NCBI GenBank assembly: GCA_964234715.1 | Contig: OZ174284.1 | Strand: one strand, 5' to 3' | Length of the DNA stretch: 64,000 bases | Source of the DNA: Podarcis melisellensis | Taxonomy: Eukaryota | Shown here: in pieces, positions 24,706 to 36,639 of the stretch | Layout of the letters: each line of letters opens with the position of its first letter | Position numbering within the stretch: position 1 is the first letter of the stretch | Made by a program: the position numbers and the translations under genes | Notes under the pieces: generated by a model | What the model was told of the DNA's origin: nothing | Seen by the model: only the letters and a program-made list of their open reading frames with translations | Database searches by the model: none

Positions 24706-26842
24706 ACACACTTCTGCACAGAATTCTTCCAAGCCTTCTGATATGTTCCTCTTCTGTATGTATGGATGGTGTTGTTCTTGCTACATAATCAGTGGCACTC
24801 AAACCCTGAACACTGGAAATAGAGGGAATAATGAAAATGCCCAGATAAGACTATACTCACCATGCCTGCAATACTCCCACCTGTAGGAAAGAAAAGGAAG
24901 TCGGGTTTATATGAACACAGAGTATGAACCACAGTGACCACCCATAAAATCCAAAGGGTATAAACTGACCAGCAATGAGAGAACAGGACCATAATTTGAT
25001 AAGTGAACAAACAAGGAAGGGGGGGGGAGGTGATTATGTGTGAGAAACACCAGCTTCCTCAGGGACAAAAGTCACTTACCCAAACTGTGGCCCATAAGGG
25101 TAAACCGATTCCATTTCATTGCTAAAAAAAAAAAAAAAAAAGAGCAAAGGAGAGGCTGAGTTAAGACCAGATAGCCCAGGTTTCACAAGCCCCTTAGCAA
25201 TCGGCAGCATCACAATACAAACATTAGCCACATCATGGCTCAACTTGGTGCTTCTAGATGTTTTGCACAACAGCTCCCAACAGCCACAGCCAGCACAGCT
25301 AGAAATCATAGTGCAAAACATCAGGAAGGCACCAGGTTGGGGAAAGCTAGTGCAGGCTGTCACAGGCAAGAGACAGGTAGGTAGCCATGTTGGTCTGAAG
25401 CAGTCGAAAAAAAATTAAAAATTGTCCAGTAGCACCTTAGAGACCAACTAAGTTTGTTCTGGGCATAAGCTTTCGTGTGCATGCACACTTCTTTAGATAC
25501 TTCTTGAATCTGAAGTCCCTCTAAAAGGGAATGCCTGATTGAGTTCTTTGATAAACAGGCAGCTAACAAGCTGCACAGGAAGAAATGGATGTTGGGAAAT
25601 TGGGAAATGGTTAATGCTGCAATAGGAGCTAATCCCCTAAATTGCACAGGGAATGTTCATAGAGGCTCAGCTCCAAAAATGCACATTTCCTACAACAAGG
25701 CTACGCCCTATGAAATGCGGCTGTGCTTTAGGATCTGAGAAGGGCTTTCACAATTATTAACTTGGTAACAATTTGCCTTCCACAACTAAAAAACAGGAAT
25801 GATGTCAAAGCTCAATGCCTACTAACCGGTTTTACCAAACTAGATTAAGGTGAAAGGTTTACACCTACTCTTGAGAATTGCTACACTGAGAATTTACAAC
25901 CTGTAAAACTGTAACTGTATGTATGTGCCAGTTGTGACTAGTGTTTTATTTTAGGGGCTTTGGAGCCTGTCTAATTAAAGCAAGGGCTGCAAAGTTTTAT
26001 GTCTGGCCTTGAAAGTGGGTTGGGGAGAACTTGCTGGCTTCGGCTGATCAGGAAGTGTGAGAGAAACTGTCTTGACTGCAGCCAGGAGAAATATAGAGCC
26101 AGGCCACTGAGAAATTCAAACTGCCTACAGGCTACAAACAAATCCAACAGGCTCACCTGCTGCTACCCTGCGCACGTCACCCACATAATCCATGAAGTGA
26201 TAGATTGCCCCAGGTGGGCGGTGGGATGACAGGCCGTGTCCTGCAAGATCAATGGCCATGTAGTAACAATCTGAAAGAGAACAAAGGGAAGGGAAACAAG
26301 TCAGGTGCCAAACCACACTCCTGTATAGCATACAGTGGTACCTCAGGTTACATACGCTTCAAGTTATATACGCTTCAGGTTACAGACGCTTCAGGTTACA
26401 GACTCCGCTAACCCAGAAATATCACCTCAGGTTAAGAACTTTGCTTCAGGATGGGAACAGAAATCGTGCTCCAGCGGCGCAGCAGCAGCAGGAGGCCCCA
26501 TTAGCTAAAGTGGTGCTTCATGTTAAGAACAGTTTCAGGTTAAGAACAGACCTCCAGAATGAATTAAGTACTTAACCTGAGGTACCACTGTACTACAATT
26601 TCATTGTATGAAGTTACTTGTGCACCACAACTAACTATTGTTAGCCAGCTGTTCAAATAAAGGAATAAACACAGGACCCAACGACGAATCCTACCTTTGG
26701 GGAGTAAGGGAATGAGCCTGTTGAAAGTGTTTGCATTGTCCAGCCACCCGTGCAAACAGAGGACAGGGCGGCCTTGTGGAGATCCCCATGCCTTGGCTGC
26801 AATGTGGCCCCAGGGGACCATTAACTTCACCTCTGAGATCAT
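15618..26842 (-). CDS. SERHL2: Serine hydrolase-like protein (alpha/beta hydrolase), 305 aa
   Basis: Minus-strand exons 26842-26695, 26270-26157, 25121-25080, 24880-24861, 23613-23539, 20786-20674, 19883-19804, 18688-18654, 18076-18000, 16798-16705, 15737-15618 (918 nt, phases consistent). Motifs [27 protein letters not shown], nucleophile elbow GHSLG, catalytic-His region GNHFVH. Confidence 0.95.
16225..16360. mobile_element. Short hAT-type palindromic MITE
   Basis: CAGGCACCCCCAA...TTGGGGATGCCTG termini with 8-bp TSD GCCTATGC/GCCTATGT. Degenerate relatives near 7800-7925, 25250-25375, 27270-27370, 44690-44785 and 47700-47830. Confidence 0.8.
20341..20560 (+). mobile_element. tRNA-derived squamate SINE
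   Basis: A/B-box-like head (GGGTTCAAATCC), core GAAGCTCACTGGGTGACCTT.GGCCAGTCAC and AATAA tail. Similar copies at ~26935-27130 and ~58315-58528. Confidence 0.7.
21232..21456. mobile_element. hAT-type MITE
   Basis: TAGGGATGGGCGGTATATC...GATATCGCCCAGCCTTA with 8-bp TSD GACAGGAC/GACAGAAC. Confidence 0.8.
22252..23095. mobile_element. Non-autonomous Tc1/mariner element with a GC-rich interior
   Basis: TA-CCGTACTTTTCCGTGTAT...ATACATGGAAAAATATGG-TA. The same terminal sequence occurs in the element at ~42919-43271. Confidence 0.7.
24285..24704 (+). mobile_element. L2-type LINE 3' fragment ending in a (TAT)n microsatellite (~24645-24704)
   Basis: Translates as [39 protein letters not shown], resembling the L2 ORF2 C-terminus, followed by about 20 TAT units. 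Confidence 0.7.
26333..26590. mobile_element. Tigger-like MITE in a SERHL2 intron
   Basis: 19-bp perfect TIR CAGTGGTACCTCAGGTTA / TAACCTGAGGTACCACTG (18 bp shown) with TA flanks. Confidence 0.88.
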
Positions 26843-28569
26843 GTCTGAAATGAAACAACAGGAGCGTCTCCTGGTGATGATAGTGTTACCAGAGAAGGCA
26901 GTCTCACCTATGTCTCATAACCACTGGACACCAAGGCTGATCAGTGTGGCATAATGGTTAGAGTGTTGGACTATGAGCTGGGAGACCAGGGTTTGAATCC
27001 CCAATCACTGGGTGACCTTGGGCCAGTCATACCATCTCTCATTGCAGGATTGTTGTGATAATAAATTGGGGAGGAGAACTATCTGCACCACCTTGAGAGA
27101 AAAGGTGGCATATAAATGTAATAAATAAACAAACAAAAAGTCGATAAACAGATTCTGGCCCCGTGCATCCAGTCACTGAAACAAATATATCAGGCAGCGC
27201 TGGTTTGTCTGACTGGCTGCCTCTTCCCACCCCCTTCAGAAAGATTGTAAAGACTGTGTTTTAAGGCAACATTTGCTAGCATGCTACCCTCCAGGTGTTT
27301 TGTAATGGCTGGGACTGACAGGAGCTGTAGTCCAAAGCACCTGGAGGGTGCCAGGTTAGTGGCGGCTGTTTCAGGGCATGCTTTTAACATTATCTCCCCA
27401 CCTCATGGAACTGAGGGCTTCATGGTGCTACAGTTTCAAGTCATTCTAGTTTTTCAGCATCTATTGTTTGCGATCATTTTATGAGCCCTTATTGTGTATG
27501 ATATACATTGAAATACTCCCCTTTTTTCCTTCCCCTGGGAGAAAAAAAGGAGGGAAGGGTGAATGAGAGAAAGCACACAATGAGACTGACCCTGAACTCT
27601 CCCCTCCAATGGTACAATTGTCTTAGAATGTGGTTGCTCCACTGGTTACACAGCACCACCGGATTCCATAGCACTCTGGTCAAGCATAGTTTCCATTTGG
27701 TCTTTGCTCCTGTCCGGCTTCTGGTCCAGTAGCAGGGGAGGGCAGAGTGACCCTGCTATCATGGTTAGATCAGTTCCCGGTGAAGTTTGGGCTTGCAGTG
27801 ATGCAGGAATGAGGGACCCATTGGGATGGTCTGCCCCTATGGATATTTGGAACCTGACAATGATTAAGTGCTTCTTGACTCAGTGAGTTTCTGCTGCTCT
27901 TCCCCAAAGTTCCAGAAGCTTCTCAACTCATTGCCAGGCAAGGAAACATACAGAAGATGATGGGCTTCCAGGATTAGCTTAAGGCCAAAGGCTGACCCAC
28001 CACACCCCAACAAAATGTCTCTGAGCATGTCAGAGGTGATCAAGAGGAATGGTGCTTGCCTTTCCTGCCTCAGCCAACATGAGCCATCATTCTTTTACAC
28101 TCACCTACTGATGGGGGCTACCAAGTCCAATAATAACAATGATGATAGTAATAATGATAATGATGATGATAATAATTTTATTATTTATACCCAGCCCGTT
28201 TGGCTGGGTTTCCCCAGTCACTCTGGTTGGCTTACAGCAAATACAAAAACACAGTAGAATGTTGCTAGTGACATCTACATTTATGGGATGCTGATGACAT
28301 TTCACAAGTCTCAATATTCAGGGTCTTATTCTGTTTGCAGTGCAGCCTTTGCCCACCACTGGCGCGCACACACACCACAAACGCCATTAGAAAGCAAAAT
28401 TTACTGCACAATTAACCATTTGGAAGGCTTTTCAAGGCTGCCTCAAACCAAAGCCTGGCATTGAGGTGGAACCTTTAGGTGTCTGTTTTGCCCAGGCTCA
28501 CAACTCCCTTCCCACAAGAACCAACGTAGGTGGGAAACAGGACCCCTGCTTCAAAAACCCAGTACATTT

Positions 28570-28965
28570 ATGAGCACAATTCAAAGTGTTGGTGCTGGCC
28601 TTTAAAGCCCTAAACGGCCTTAGCCCAGTATACCTGAAGGAGCGTCTCCACCCCCATCGTTCTGCCTGGACACTGAGGTCCAGCTCTGAGGGCCTTCTGG
28701 CGGTTCCCTCCCTGCGAGAAGCGAAGTTACGGGGAAACAGGCAGAGGGCCTTCTCGGTGGTGGCGCCCGCCCTGTGGAACGCCCTCCCATCAGATGCCAA
28801 GGAAATAAATATCTGACTTTTAGAAGACATCTTAAGGACAGCCCTGTTTATCGAAGTTTTTAATGTTTGATGTTTTATTGTGCATTTAATTCTTTTGGGA
28901 GCCACCCAGAGTGGCTGGGGACATGGGCGGGGTATAAATAACAAATTGTTGTTGTTGTTGTTATT
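28570..28965 (+). mobile_element. L2-type LINE 3' fragment
   Basis: FKVLVLAFKALNGLSPVYLKERL..RAFSVVAPALWNALP followed by a (GTT)n tail. Confidence 0.75.
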
Positions 28966-29339
28966 AAAAGCAGCCTAAGTGGAAATGGTATTTTTACCTC
29001 CATAGAGCACAGCTGACATCAAAACTGAGAAACAAGTTTAACTGCAGGTGCCTAAAAGTTACCAATACATATTTGAATCAATGCTATTGCATCAGTACTT
29101 ATATGGTTATTGTGTAAGAGAGGAGGAAAATGAGAAGATAAGGCAGCCGCAGTTTACCTGTTTACTCGTTGACCTCTCACACCCTTATGCAATGCTGGAC
29201 ACAACATCGGAGAACTACTGACTAACCTACTTTTACTGCACGCATCTGTGCCCGTACATCCCATTAATTTTCTTAATTAAGCTCAATTTCTAAAACAAGC
29301 CCACTGGGGTCAGGACTATCTATAAAGCACAATAAAGTT

Positions 29340-29960
29340 GTGAATCTGTACCGGTGAATGGCTCGGGTGGCGAAGGGCAGGGTCGGCGGCCGCTGCACAT
29401 GCTCAGAGGCACCCTCTTCTCCATTGCGTCTCACACAGAGACCCAGCATAGAATTGTCGAGTCAGACGCCGTGGACTTTGCAACAAGTTGTGCCGCCCGC
29501 GGCCTGCCTAGTTGTCGCCCCCTAACAATCCCGAACACTCAAGAATGCGCGTGAAGGGCTCGAAAAGTGTCTGTCGGCGTTTTCCTACGAGAACTAGAGC
29601 TGGGCAGGCCCACGGAGGGGACTTTCTCCCGTCTCCAAAGCTGCTGACCCAGCGCCAACTCTGCCGAGCATTAACAAAGTGGAAGGCTGAAAACTCTGCT
29701 TAATAATTAAGAGGGGGAAAGTAACGGCGCGAAAGTACGAGGCACGGGACCCGCAGGGACCGCTGCAATGATCCGGCCAAGTCACTCACCGCGGGACGCA
29801 GATCTCTGGCTTTCAAGCTGTGCGAAGAAAAGCAACTCTCTCCCCCATCTGCAGCTGCCGGAACCAGAGAGAAAGACTTCCCTCTGTGCGGCGAGATGCA
29901 AAGAGCAAGCTTGCAGCTCTTAAAGGGACCGGGCGCTCGTTCCTTCTGCCTTTTCCTTGC
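29340..29960 (-). promoter_or_regulatory. SERHL2 CpG-island promoter and probable non-coding first exon
   Basis: CpG-rich island 2.5 kb upstream of the ATG exon. Minus-strand donor CGG|GTGAGT with the exon ending at 29790. Confidence 0.7.
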
Positions 29961-31450
29961 TCTGGAATTCAGAGAGCGTCCTATGCAACCCTAGGCAAGA
30001 ACTGAATCCTATTGTCAGCTTGTGCATGTTTACTTGGAAGGTAGCCCCATTATGCTCAACGGGGCTTACTTCCAGGTTAAGTTTGCACAGGCTAAGACTG
30101 CATGGAGGAAATCTCATTGAACATTTCCAAACTTAATTTCCAGTAAATATGATTGCATGGGGTTGCCCTGTAAAATGTAAGTTGTAACTGGGATGTTTGA
30201 TCCTGACCAGGGGCCTGAAAGGAAGCTGGCTTATGAAATGGTGCAGCAAGGAGCATCATGGGTTGAAATCATCATTTGTCACTGGTATAGCTTGAAATGT
30301 GCAAAATATTTTACCATCTTCGTTTATATATTTCCACTGTTTTGAGCTGTCTGTCACATGTACAACTATCTGCCTGTTGGACAGAAGCTGTGTGTATCCA
30401 AGGTGCAATAAGACCCTGGCTCTCTACGAATAATTTTGTTCCCTTGAGCCTACGGTGGCTGACCTGGAAAATCTGAGAGGATGGAGGATGAGGCCTTTGG
30501 GGATGTTATAGCTATGTCCCACTCCAGGGATGATAGTTTCCCTGCTGTAGGAAAAATAAGGACCCCATGCACCTTTTTAGCTTCCCTGACTGAACTAAAC
30601 TGCTGCAGTTTGGATCCTATCTGTTTCCATCCCCGGTACTGGGTAGCCTAGCCTTCACACACCTGGGTGTGTGCCTATGCATACACCTTGTTATCCCTAT
30701 AAGCACTGCATCCAAAACCTCAGTTTACTGGGTAGATTCAAGCCGCCTTGTCACAAAGAGAGGCATTTTGCTCCTAACAAAATACATAAATTGAAGCTAA
30801 CAGCTCCAATGGTCCAATGTAGCCTCCCCTGGTGGCCACTACAGGTGAGTTCAGCCTTGAAAGTTGAATAATTGCTGTCCCGTTATAATTAGCGAGCAAA
30901 ACATGATGGGGAACAGCTGGAGTCACTATGGATTCATACCAGCTTCCAATCCACAGTGGTACAGTAAAAGGCTCCATTCTCTTGTTTGCAGCAAAAACCA
31001 GTGAAACATTTTCATGTGGCCAGTGAAATATTTTCATTTCTGAGCTGGAGTTGTAGCTGCCAGCTTTCTTCTAGCAGTGCCCTGGCCTGCTGCCTTTAAC
31101 TGTTGTGTCATCAGAAGCAGAAGAAATGTCCTCTGCTTCTTGTACATGCCAGGAAAAGCTTTACCTTCTGAATTCCAGTTGGCACAGAATTTATGGTAAG
31201 GCACATCAGCCTGGCCAGAACGAAGACTGCAGACCAGTGAGGAAAGTAGTTATTGTTTCTCCTATTCACATTTGTTTAACACAAATGCATGGTTCCCCAC
31301 AATATTTGAGAGGAAATTGTGACAAGCAAGGCTCTGGTACAAACACAGCTCTAGCTTAATAGTCCATAGAAACATCACCTATCAGGCTTAGCCGGCAAAT
31401 AATTCAGAGGTTGCCTGACATTGAATCAACACTTAAAAAACTAAATCAAT

Positions 31451-31639
31451 CCTAGTAAAATTCATTTGCAAAGATTATTTTGAATGGATCAGGTGTGTGT
31501 GCGGTATTTAGCAGCTTTCCCATGAGACCCAAGTTCCACTAAGTCAATCAGCTCTTAGTGGAACTCGGACCTTACTGGAAAGCAATGAATACCACACACC
31601 TCTTCATTCAAAATAACCCTAGTAAATGATTTTTACTGG
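31451..31639. repeat. Old fold-back/MITE-like imperfect palindrome
   Basis: Nested inverted segments CCTAGTAAAATTCATTT/AAATGATTTTTACTGG, TTATTTTGAATG/CATTCAAAATAA and AGTTCCACTAAG/CTTAGTGGAACT. Confidence 0.7.
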
Positions 31640-33670
31640 ACAAGCTGAATGATCTAAGCATCACATCATCAACGAGGGAATCAATGTTCATTTAAGGGAA
31701 CAGGCTCGGAAAAGTGATTGTAATATACTTAATAGAATGTAATATACTTAACAGATGGAGCATCAGATTAAGCATCAACAGGAAATCTTGTGTGAAGCAA
31801 CATCTCCTGCATTCAGAGCCAGCCTTACCCTTAGCCAGAGTGAGTCTCCTTAGATTGTCTCCTGTGAATAGAGCTATTCAGTGCAGGTTGCCCTGAGGCA
31901 ATACCTGGTCTGGGCTTTAAACTTAACAAAAGAGTGTGGTGATGTGTTTCCATGGTAACTTAATTATTAAAGCATTTTCTGAATGGCTAACAGAGGTGCT
32001 GCCAGCTTTGAGGGGGCCTTCAGAAAGGTGCTTGCTTTGGGGGGAGGGGGAAGCTACCATGGCCACATCCCTCTTCTCCTCCCCTCCACTGCTTGTGCCC
32101 CACTTTTTGTTTTTACCTGGGGTAGTCACCTGCAGTGGTGGTGGGAGCACACTTTTCTTTCTCCTTCCCTGGCTAGTTGGCTATTCAAGGGGGCAAGGCT
32201 ACCTGGCAGCACTATAGTGGGAGCCTCCCAAAGTGGCTGGGGAATAAATAATAAATTATTATTCAATTATTATTATAATGATAGCACTATCAATGTGCAT
32301 GGTGCTTTAAGTATTAGCGGACAAGTTCCTACGCTGAGTAACAATCAATCTGAAACACAACAGAAGGGAGATAAAACAGGGAAGGACATGAAGATAGAGG
32401 TTTCAAAGTCTGATGAAGGTGGTCCTGAATTCATGCCTTGGTCAAACCAACAGTGGGCATTCAGAAACACATAATCGGCTGCTAGAGAACACTAGCCCAG
32501 CTCCATTGCATTTTTGCTTTCCTGTATTGTCTCTCACTCTACAACTTGCCCACAGCTGACTATCAAGACATTGCAAGGCCAGTTTCTCTTCTGCATCCAT
32601 TCAGACAAAATAATACTCACTGGTTAATAGATAACACCAAGAGACTGACCTCTTCTGTGTGATCTTCTGCCTAGCACCAGACTTACACATACCCAGAGCC
32701 TAGAACCTCTCTACAGTATTGAGAATGAGGAACAGGGGTTTTTGTCCTTAACTGACCTTGGACCACCCCCTCTCCAAATGCAGCACGATTTCAAAAGCAC
32801 TTCTATTGACAGATGCATTATTGGACTGGCCTTTTCAAATACTGGCTTAGTGCAACTCTGGAATTCATGAACCTTTGGACTTTCATACATTTTTGGACAA
32901 ACTGGTCCATAGACACTTTGCCTAACTTACTCCTGGAAGCCACTGTTTGGTGATGACTTTGCACCACTGTGCTCCATGGTGTTTTCTTGCTACAATCTGA
33001 GAACATGAAATTCATTTGCCCTTGGATTTACCCTCTCATGGAGGATCCCCGTTCTGTCTTCTGCTGAAGTGCTTTTGACAGATTGCAAGGAAGGAAAGTT
33101 TAAAAACTAACCAGCACCCTCTTCCCCTCTCAATTTCTCCCTCTTGTCAGTGCTGCCAGCTCTCACCCTTTTCTCTCCATATACACTATACTGCATTTGG
33201 CTCACTGCTGCTTCCCCCTCCCATCTGGGATAGTTTTCAGTAATTGATCTTGCAGTTGCTCCATGAATAAAATCCCTTTTCTGGAAAAGCGCTGATTTCC
33301 TCTTTCCCTCTCAGGAATTGTACAGGATACCCTATATTACTGAAACTACAGAGTTCCTTGTGTGCTCCTACTGATCTGGTTAAACCTACTAGTTTTGGGG
33401 TGCCAGCTGCACTGGACTGACAGGAGTCTGTTCTCAGGCACAAATAAAATATTAAGAAAAGCAAAGGTTTCCATAACAATCATCTGGCATCACAATAACA
33501 TCAGGTGGCACATTTTTGCCCATTAAACTGCAATTAAACTGGCAAAAGCACAGCCCTGCGCTTTGCAAGCACTGATGATCAGCTGATTGTTGGGGCTTAC
33601 AAAGCACCATATAGGGGCTTTACTTGGGGTTTTGCAAGTCCTTTTTCTGCTCAGCTTTACCTGCCCTATA

Positions 33671-34008
33671 GATAAAGGGACCCCTGACCAGTTGTGACCA
33701 ACTCTGGGGTTGCAGCGCTCATCTCGCTTTATTGGCTGAGGGAGGCGGTGTACAGCTTCCGGGTCATGTGGCCAGCATGACTAAGCCACTTCTGGCGAAC
33801 CAGAGCAGCGCATGGAAACGCCGTTTACCTTCCCGCCGGAGCGGTACCTATTTATCTACTTGCACTTTGACGTGCTTTCAAACTGCTAGGTTGGCAGGAG
33901 CAGGGACTGAGCAACGGGAGCTCATCCCGTCGCGGGGATTCAAACCGCCAACCTTCTGATTGGCAAGTCCTAGGCTCTGTGGTTTAACCCACAGCGCCAC
34001 CCACGTCC
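33671..34008 (-). mobile_element. Sauria SINE
   Basis: Highly similar to the copy at 13356-13701, same orientation. Confidence 0.9.
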
Positions 34009-36639
34009 TATACCCAGTGCTTTTCTTTGGGGGAGGGAGGAGGAAATGTGCCAATGCTCACCACAACGTTGTTACAGTTAGTGCTACGATTTTGACCAGT
34101 GTAGGGAGGGAAAGGTGCAGGTACTGTGTATCCTTGAGTACCCCCAGAAATACCTGACTTAATACATGATCACTCTGGCACCACAGCAAAATCCCGCCAG
34201 CCGCCTGGGTCCCAAATGGGCTTCCTATCTGAAAAGAAAAGTAGGTTTCAGACATGTCTAGGGACATTGGGATCAAACAAGCATGGTAACCCATTTGGAC
34301 AGGGAGAAATGTGTGTCATGGGCTTTGGTTCTTTCTCCACCAGCATCAAAAAGGAATCACTTTCCTGGAAAGCCTTTGTCACAGTTCCTTAATGAACTGG
34401 TTTTGTCCTAGAGGAGGAGGGGAGGAGCTTCTGTGAAAAGACCCACTAATCTGCTTCCTGGCAGGAGGAAAATTGGCTCAATCTTTCACTTACCAAAATA
34501 TAAGGATTCTTAAAGGAAGCTGTAAAGAGAAAGATGTAGTGTAAATCTATTTATTAAAAAGAGCTACAGCCCTCTTTCCTTTTTTTAAACAATCCCAGAT
34601 ATAAAGCGGTGTTACAATTTTTAATGAATATATTCCAAATAATATTTGTTTGGAAAATGTTACAAGCAGTGGGGGTTTTTTCTGGCGGTACTCCAGGGTA
34701 TACAGTACTGGCAGCTCCCCCCCCCAAAAAATGTTAAAAGTGCGGCATTTATTATAACAACCTCATGATGAGTACCAGCACCATATACACTGGTTACGAG
34801 CATATTTCAGGTGCATTGTATTTCAGTATTATTTTGAGATTTCTAGCTTTTGCTAATTTATCCAGAGACTCAAAATCCTAGGCAGCAATGGCACAAGTAG
34901 GGTAGAAACATATGGAAACCCAGAAACCATCTGATGACTCAGGAGGATTGTTTTGTCTCCTTGGCAGGTGCTTCTGTCAAAGCCTTGGTTGATCTCTGGA
35001 ATCAAGAAATGTTGACAGAAGGTACTGCTGAGCACCCACCAGGCAGAACTTGGGGTGATTAAATGGTAGGTATGATGGAGACTAGATATGGAGAAAGGAG
35101 GCTTAGACTAGAGTTTATGTTAGGACCTCTTGCGGTAATGAATTCGAGTTTGACTATGCACTGTGTACAGTAATACTTCCTTTTGCTTGTTCAGAATATT
35201 CTAACATTCAGCTTCACTGGATGGTTGTGGGTTGTAATACTGAGAGGGAGAAAAGTTTCTCTCTGCCAATTCCCCCCCCCCCCAACTTCCTGAGTCCCTG
35301 TACAATTTGATGCAACTTGGATGCCACAGTTAGAGCAAATCCAGTGGATGGAACTTCAGCAACCGCATGTCATGAATACTTCTCAGTTTTTGAAGTCCGA
35401 TAATGTGGAAAGGATACATAGGAGGTACAAAGTCAACTACCCGCAAACCTCATTCTTGTCTGCTCTCGATTGCTACCAAGAGCGCTTTTGGTCACTCTGG
35501 ACTGGGATCCAGCTGCATCTGTTCCTAGAGAAGTCAGATCTATCTAGTGCCAATTTTCTAGGAAAAGAGGTGCCAGAACTCTCCATGAACACCTCCCTTG
35601 TTTTCTTAGAATGACAATGGCACCCACCTGAGAGGTGCCGGAGCTGAGTTCTGGCTGAAAAAGAAGCCCTGGAGCTATCCATGGTGACACCCCCTTCTGT
35701 TCTATCAAGACCAGATTACTGCAATGTCCTCTACATGGACCACCTCTGAAAAACACCCAGGCATGGGTCACTGGCCCAGAATCTGATAGTATGTTACCAG
35801 GAGCTAGTTCTTGGGGAGGGGGCACATTACACCTCTGTTAGAATAGTTGCATCAGCTTCTGGATTGTTTCCAGGCACAATTCAAAGTGCTGATTTTTTAA
35901 CCCTTTAAAGCTGAAAACAACTTGGGTCCATTATATTATTCTATTTATTTTTGCTTCTGCTGCTAATTTTATTTTTGATTGCTACTAATATTATGGTAAT
36001 TGTGCTTTTAATGTTACTGTCTGCTGCCTTGGGACTAGAGTGAAAAGCAGACTACAAATACTTAAAATGCTGCCTTCTCCCTTACGAGCCTCCCTGCTCT
36101 TTAAGACCAGCAGGGCAGCCTCTTCACTTGGTCCTGACCCTGGCTGAGCGAGCACATCCAGCAGGTACATAGGATAAGGTCTCTCTGTGGCAATAGCGAC
36201 AGTATGGAACTCTCTGCCTAGTAAGGCCTGACTTTGCTCTGGCTCTGATGACCTGTCATATGGTTAAGAAGATATGACCTTCCCTGTCCTGCCGCTGCCC
36301 AGATTCGTTTTTTTAAGGATGTTGTTGGAAGCCCCCTGTTGAGCATTTAAATAAAAAAAACATTGAAAGGTGGGCTAAAAATACGTGGGCTAAAAATACA
36401 GAGTAGTTAATAAATGTATTTAAACTGAATTAATTTATCGATTGTCTCATTAAAAAGCAAACGAGTAAACAGCTACCGGTTTCTAATCCTTGGCATTAAA
36501 TTTGCTTTTGTAGTTTGTAGGATTTTGCTTGCCACGCTCTGTAGCAGCCTCAAGTGCACAGAGCATCAGGCACTAGGACAGGTGGCCTTGGGCCAATTGC
36601 TCTCTCTTCACTTAACACAGGATTGCTATGAAGATGAGA

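Noticed and set aside
24567-24788. Poly-Tyr ORF
   Set aside because: It is the translation of a (TAT)n microsatellite at a LINE tail.
33237-33479. Minus-strand ORF resembling a signal peptide (MLWKPLLFLIF..)
   Set aside because: It starts at TTG straight after a stop codon and shows no exon structure or recognisable homology.
32760-35070. Faint CIITA/NLR-like peptide fragments that would fit the 16p13 paralogon
   Set aside because: The matches are a few residues long, interrupted by stops and out of order, so they cannot be told from chance without a tblastn or HMM search.
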